This document shows positions 59,643 through 64,000 of a stretch of 64,000 bases of DNA, one piece after another. The stretch's first letter is position 1. Each line of letters starts with the position of its first letter. The position numbers and the translations under genes were made by a program. The notes beneath the pieces are model-generated. The model was given only the letters and a program-made list of their open reading frames with translations, ran no database searches and was not told where the DNA came from. Source of the stretch: an uncultured Rubripirellula sp. (GTDB lineage: Bacteria > Planctomycetota > Planctomycetia > Pirellulales > Pirellulaceae); contig CALKGR010000003.1 in NCBI GenBank assembly GCA_938085445.1, positions 1 to 64,000 on the forward strand, in the 5' to 3' direction.

Positions 59643-60872
59643 ATGTCAGATCAAGCACAGCAACCTGCCCCCGAGCCCAGTGCATCCAGCAGACAGGCTC
59701 AGGAATCGACGTCCATGCGCAAATACCTCGGTCGAGCTGTTAATGTGCTCAAAGACTTCGGCGTTGACAGTTCAAATACAGCACCACAAGAACTCATCAG
59801 CCTGCTCGAAGATGTCAAACATCTCGATGAGGCCAAAGTCCTCGCCATTGCCGATGTCATTCAGCACATGAGTGCTTTCAACGCTCTCGTCCGCGAAAAC
59901 GTCGAGGGAATCTCGGTCGGTGACCGGTACATGAATATCACACAGATGTTTGATTCGGTCCGTGAAGATAGTAAGCGGCTGATCAATCAACTTGATGATG
60001 GAAAAATCAGCGGCACAGAGAAAGTGTCAAACTGGTGGATGAAGATGCGACGCGGAACACCAAGTGATCGATTCGAAAAGATTGTTGAAGTCTACAGCGA
60101 AGTGGCGAAAGACACGAAAGAACAGCTGAAACGCGAAGAAGCGATCATGGAGGGCTACATCGATTTTCGCTTCGCATTGAAGGAAGCAGAAATCCTGGCC
60201 CGTGACCTCTTTGATGCACAGATGCCGATTCTCGAACAAGCCAAAGTTTCGCTAAGTGAAACCCAGGAGGCACTGGATTCCTACAGCGGTGATGATGAAA
60301 GTGAAAAAAGCAGACTCGAATTAACTCGCGATGAAGCTCGATACAGTTTTGAAAAAGAAGATGCGACCTACCAACTGCTCAAGGACATTGCTGAAAATCT
60401 CGAAGTTGGCTATGACGTCGGTGAAACACTGATCACCAAACTCAAGCAAACCCATGACGTCAAAGAACGGGTGTACCGAAGGTCTGTCACATTCTTCACA
60501 ACCAACGAACACGTCTTCACTATTCTGGGGACAGTCTATACCAGTCAACACGGACTGCACGAAGTCACTCAGGCGACGGAAGCGATGAAGACTGGAGTCA
60601 ACAAAGGACTGGAAGACATCGCTGACCTTGGTAGGGAACTGGAGCGAGCTGCACTAAAAGCAGGATACGGAAGCACTATCAATCCGGATTCGGTACAGAA
60701 ACTCGTCGATGCGATCAGCGGTTTCCAGGTCGAGTCCCTTGAGATGATTGCTGACCTTAGGAAAGAATCCGAAGACAGCGCCAAAGAAATCCGGAAATCC
60801 GTCGAAGAAGGTAAGCAGAAATATCAGGAAACACTCGCTCGACATGCCAGAGGCGAAAACCTGCGACCCTGA
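59643..60872 (+). CDS. Conserved coiled-coil protein (often annotated 'cell surface protein'; possibly TelA-like)
   Basis: YLGRAVNVL, FNALVRE, FDSVREDSKRL..QLDDGK, RLELTRDE, AGYGSTI. No signal or TM seen. RBS-like aggaga upstream of ATG 59643. Confidence 0.8.
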   Translation: MSDQAQQPAPEPSASSRQAQESTSMRKYLGRAVNVLKDFGVDSSNTAPQELISLLEDVKHLDEAKVLAIADVIQHMSAFNALVRENVEGISVGDRYMNITQMFDSVREDSKRLINQLDDGKISGTEKVSNWWMKMRRGTPSDRFEKIVEVYSEVAKDTKEQLKREEAIMEGYIDFRFALKEAEILARDLFDAQMPILEQAKVSLSETQEALDSYSGDDESEKSRLELTRDEARYSFEKEDATYQLLKDIAENLEVGYDVGETLITKLKQTHDVKERVYRRSVTFFTTNEHVFTILGTVYTSQHGLHEVTQATEAMKTGVNKGLEDIADLGRELERAALKAGYGSTINPDSVQKLVDAISGFQVESLEMIADLRKESEDSAKEIRKSVEEGKQKYQETLARHARGENLRP

Positions 60873-61140
60873 TCGCTTCTCGGCTTTGGCCACAAGATGG
60901 TGTGCCGTATCCTGCGAGAAACAAAGCCACCCGCAGCAACCCAAGCCCCATCACGTTGTGATGGTCTGTGCTCCGTGACCAATTTCTCAAAACGGACGTC
61001 TTGGACGCAGTGCAACACAAATACAGCTGACATCTGTACGCGAGCCATAATTGTCTTTCAATCACTGTCTGAATCGTGGTGATTCTACACTTATGCCACC
61101 TGCTCTTTAATTCTTTCTCGGTCAACTTATCGAGGCGGTC

Positions 61141-62601
61141 ATGTCGAAATTTCTGTTGTGCCTGTTGGCCTTTGCCTTCCTAGGTAAATCACGGGTGTCA
61201 CATGTTTTCGCCGCAGAGAAACCAAATGTTCTGTTTCTAATTTGTGATGACTTGAACTGTGATATCAGTTGCTACGGTCACCCCCTGGTCAAAACCCCCA
61301 ACATTGACCGCCTGGCATCCCGCGGTGTCCGATTTCCGCAAGCGTATTGCCAATATCCACTCTGTGGTCCAAGCCGAGCTTCATTCATGACGGGTCTTTA
61401 CGCTGACCAGACACTCATCCACCGTAACGCGATTTACATACGCGAACACATTCCAAATGTGAAAACGCTGTCACAACTGTTTCGGAATGCAGGCTACCGG
61501 TCCGCACGGATAGGGAAAATCTATCATTACAACGTGCCTAAGCAAATCGGCACGGGCGGTCATGACGACCCCTATTCGTGGGATCAAACGATCAATCCGC
61601 GTGGAAGAGACAAAGATGACGAAGATAAAATTTTCAGTCTTAGAAAAGGCAGCTTCGGTGCCACACTGAGTTGGCTTGCTGCTGATGGCACAGATGAACA
61701 ACAAACTGATGGGATTGCTGCATCAGAGGCTATCGAGCTACTGGATAAATATGCGACATCAGACCAAAACTTTTTTCTGGCAGTGGGCTTGTTCCGTCCA
61801 CACACACCATTCGTTGCTCCGAAAAAATATTTTGACATGTACCCTTTAGATGAACTGGATGTGCCCAGCGTTCCGAAAGATTATCTTCAGACACTTCCTG
61901 AACCAGCTCGCAGATCACTGACCAGAAAGAAAGATCAAGTAAACCTTGATCCAAAACTGGGGATCAAGGCTATTCAGGCATACTACGCATCAATCAGCTT
62001 TGCTGACGCGCAATTGGGTCGCATTCTCGATGCTCTCGACGAAACGAACTTGTCGAAAAATACAATCGTGATCTTCACTTCGGATCACGGCTATCACATG
62101 GGCGAACACGGACACTGGCAGAAAACAACACTCTTTGAGAATGCGTCTCGCGTACCTTTGGTCATCGCAGGACCAGGAATCTCAAATGGGCGAAACGCAA
62201 AGTCCATCGCTGAAATGGTTGACTTGTACCCAACCCTGGCAGACCTAGCCGACGTCGCTACACCCCCATTCACATCCGGGATCAGCCTGAAAGACAGCCT
62301 CATAGATCCAAAGATCGTTTCCAGAACATCAGCTCTCACGCAGTACGAAAATGGATACAGCATTCGCACCCACCGATATCGATACACAGAGTGGGGTGAA
62401 CAGGGCAGCGATGGCAAGGAGCTTTACGATCACCAGAGTGATCCCGCAGAAATGCACAATTTGGCTGCACGCAAAGATCAAAGCAAAACAATTTCACAAC
62501 TCGCAGAATTACTCAAGATGCGGGTTCACCACGCACAACAAGCACCCATTGGAATCCGTCAAATCCGCTTTGAAAATACGCGAAAAGTCCCACAGCGGTG
62601 A
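61141..62601 (+). CDS. Formylglycine-dependent sulfatase (iduronate/choline sulfatase-like)
   Basis: Signal peptide; KPNVLFLICDD, CGPSRASFMTG, GKIYH, RPHTP, SDHG. Confidence 0.93.
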   Translation: MSKFLLCLLAFAFLGKSRVSHVFAAEKPNVLFLICDDLNCDISCYGHPLVKTPNIDRLASRGVRFPQAYCQYPLCGPSRASFMTGLYADQTLIHRNAIYIREHIPNVKTLSQLFRNAGYRSARIGKIYHYNVPKQIGTGGHDDPYSWDQTINPRGRDKDDEDKIFSLRKGSFGATLSWLAADGTDEQQTDGIAASEAIELLDKYATSDQNFFLAVGLFRPHTPFVAPKKYFDMYPLDELDVPSVPKDYLQTLPEPARRSLTRKKDQVNLDPKLGIKAIQAYYASISFADAQLGRILDALDETNLSKNTIVIFTSDHGYHMGEHGHWQKTTLFENASRVPLVIAGPGISNGRNAKSIAEMVDLYPTLADLADVATPPFTSGISLKDSLIDPKIVSRTSALTQYENGYSIRTHRYRYTEWGEQGSDGKELYDHQSDPAEMHNLAARKDQSKTISQLAELLKMRVHHAQQAPIGIRQIRFENTRKVPQR

Positions 62602-62683
62602 AGTAATAGCCAAGGGATCGGTTTTCTGAGACAATCTGTGACCTAGCGGCAGCCATGATTGCACCTCGAAGAAAGGCACTCTG

Positions 62684-64000
62684 ATGAAGGTTGGCAGCGG
62701 GGGCGGATTCCGAGCAATTCACTACACTTGGAAAAAGGGACGGGAAGCAGGTGGATTGTGGAAGCTGTATAAAGCCATGCGGACCCGCAACTCGTGCAAA
62801 ACCTGTGCGCTGGGAATGGGTGGCCAGAAAGGTGGCATGGTCAATGAAACCGGATCTTTTCCGGAAGTCTGCAAAAAATCACTGCAGGCTATGGTTGCCG
62901 ATATGCAACCGGCCATTGAACCAACTTTCTGGAAACAGAATTCGATTTCCGAGTTAAAAGAACTGACACCTCGTGAACTGGAGCATCTGGGTCGACTCGT
63001 TCATCCGATCAGATACCGCAAAGGTACCTCACACTTTGAAACCGTAACGTGGCAGGAAGCCTATGCTGCGATTATCGAAAAACTTCGCCACACCGCTGCC
63101 GACCGCACGTTCTGGTATTTCAGTGGACGTAGTAGCAATGAAGCAGGATTTCTGCTGCAGTTGATGGCTCGAGTTTACGGCACCAACAACGTCAACAATT
63201 GCAGTTACTACTGTCATCAAGCAAGTGGTGTGGGACTTCAAACAGCAATCGGAAGCGGTACAGCAACCGTGGTGCTGGAAGATGTAGATGATGCTGACTG
63301 TATCTTTGTGATTGGCGGAAACCCTGCCAGTAACCACCCCCGTTTGATGACCAGCCTGATGCATCTGCGACGTAGGGGAGGCAAGGTCGTTGTGATCAAT
63401 CCCGTCCGTGAAACAGGAATGCTGAAGTTCCGGGTCCCAAGCGACCCTGTTTCTCTTTTAAAAGGTTCCAAGATTGCAAGCCACTATGTGCAACCACACA
63501 TTGGAGGGGATCTGGCACTTCTTTGGGGCGTTGCAAAGGCTGTCAGTCAACTTGACGCACTGGATTTGGATTTCCTTCAAAACCATTGCAATGATTTTGA
63601 AAGTTGGCAACACACGATCAACACGATTACCTGGGAAGAGATCGAAACAAAATCAGGGGTGCCGCGCAGCGACATTGAGAACATTGCAAAAATTTACGCC
63701 GATTCCAAACGGTGCATCTTCGCATGGACCATGGGGATTACCCATCATGCACATGGTGTCCAGAATGTACAGGCAGTAGCAAACCTTGCACTCTGCCGGG
63801 GAATGGTCGGTAAACCCGGATGTGGCCTGATGCCAATTCGGGGTCACAGCAATGTGCAGGGTATGGGTAGCGTGGGAGTCACTCCAAAACTGAAGACACA
63901 AATTTTTGATGCACTCCAATCAAAATATCAGGTCAAGCTACCAACAACTGTTGGAAAAGATACTCTGGAGTGTATGGAAGCAGCCAGCCGGTTCGAGCTG
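62684..64000 (+). CDS. FdhF/YdeP family molybdopterin oxidoreductase (3' truncated by the window)
   Basis: Not in the ORF track. Partial manual translation: MKVGSGGGF..CKTCALGMGGQ..EVCKKS, SGRSSNEA, NNCSYYCHQASG, NPASNHPR, RGHSNVQG. Confidence 0.92.
   Translation, partial: MKVGSGGGFRAIHYTWKKGREAGGLWKLYKAMRTRNSCKTCALGMGGQKGGMVNETGSFPEVCKKSLQAMVADMQPAIEPTFWKQNSISELKELTPRELEHLGRLVHPIRYRKGTSHFETVTWQEAYAAIIEKLRHTAADRTFWYFSGRSSNEAGFLLQLMARVYGTNNVNNCSYYCHQASGVGLQTAIGSGTATVVLEDVDDADCIFVIGGNPASNHPRLMTSLMHLRRRGGKVVVINPVRETGMLKFRVPSDPVSLLKGSKIASHYVQPHIGGDLALLWGVAKAVSQLDALDLDFLQNHCNDFESWQHTINTITWEEIETKSGVPRSDIENIAKIYADSKRCIFAWTMGITHHAHGVQNVQAVANLALCRGMVGKPGCGLMPIRGHSNVQGMGSVGVTPKLKTQIFDALQSKYQVKLPTTVGKDTLECMEAASRFEL

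Noticed and set aside
62684..64000. Selenocysteine in the FdhF-like gene
   Set aside because: The ligand region reads NNCSYYCH with ordinary Cys codons, and no in-frame TGA was seen in the parts translated.

Overview
A ~50% GC, gene-dense chromosomal window, most likely from a Planctomycetota (Pirellulaceae-like) bacterium. The evidence is a PSD1/planctomycete cytochrome c plus DUF1501 pair, a giant PQQ-like propeller protein, a sulfatase and a heme-binding domain protein. Recognisable housekeeping genes include bioF, metK, pepT, nagB, trmL, an rsmF-like gene and a HIT protein. The standout is a tightly packed six-gene DNA-repair operon at 7.06-15.6 kb: radical SAM-HhH, a DUF4130-UdgX fusion, a metallo-beta-lactamase exonuclease, an ATP-dependent ligase, an Lhr-core helicase and a PdeM/MPE nuclease. 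A DnaQ-BRCT exonuclease follows it, and a structured non-coding segment precedes it. Other candidates are an uncharacterised coiled-coil / DUF6384-like / TelA-like trio (57.5-60.9 kb), a vWA protein with a TonB-like anchor, an ExbD pair without ExbB, and a stand-alone LigD phosphoesterase-like gene. Signs of local gene decay include one pseudogene, a 1.3 kb ORF-free gap and short tandem duplications. No rRNA, tRNA, CRISPR array or transposase was recognised. Family assignments come from motif recognition by eye, not from database searches.
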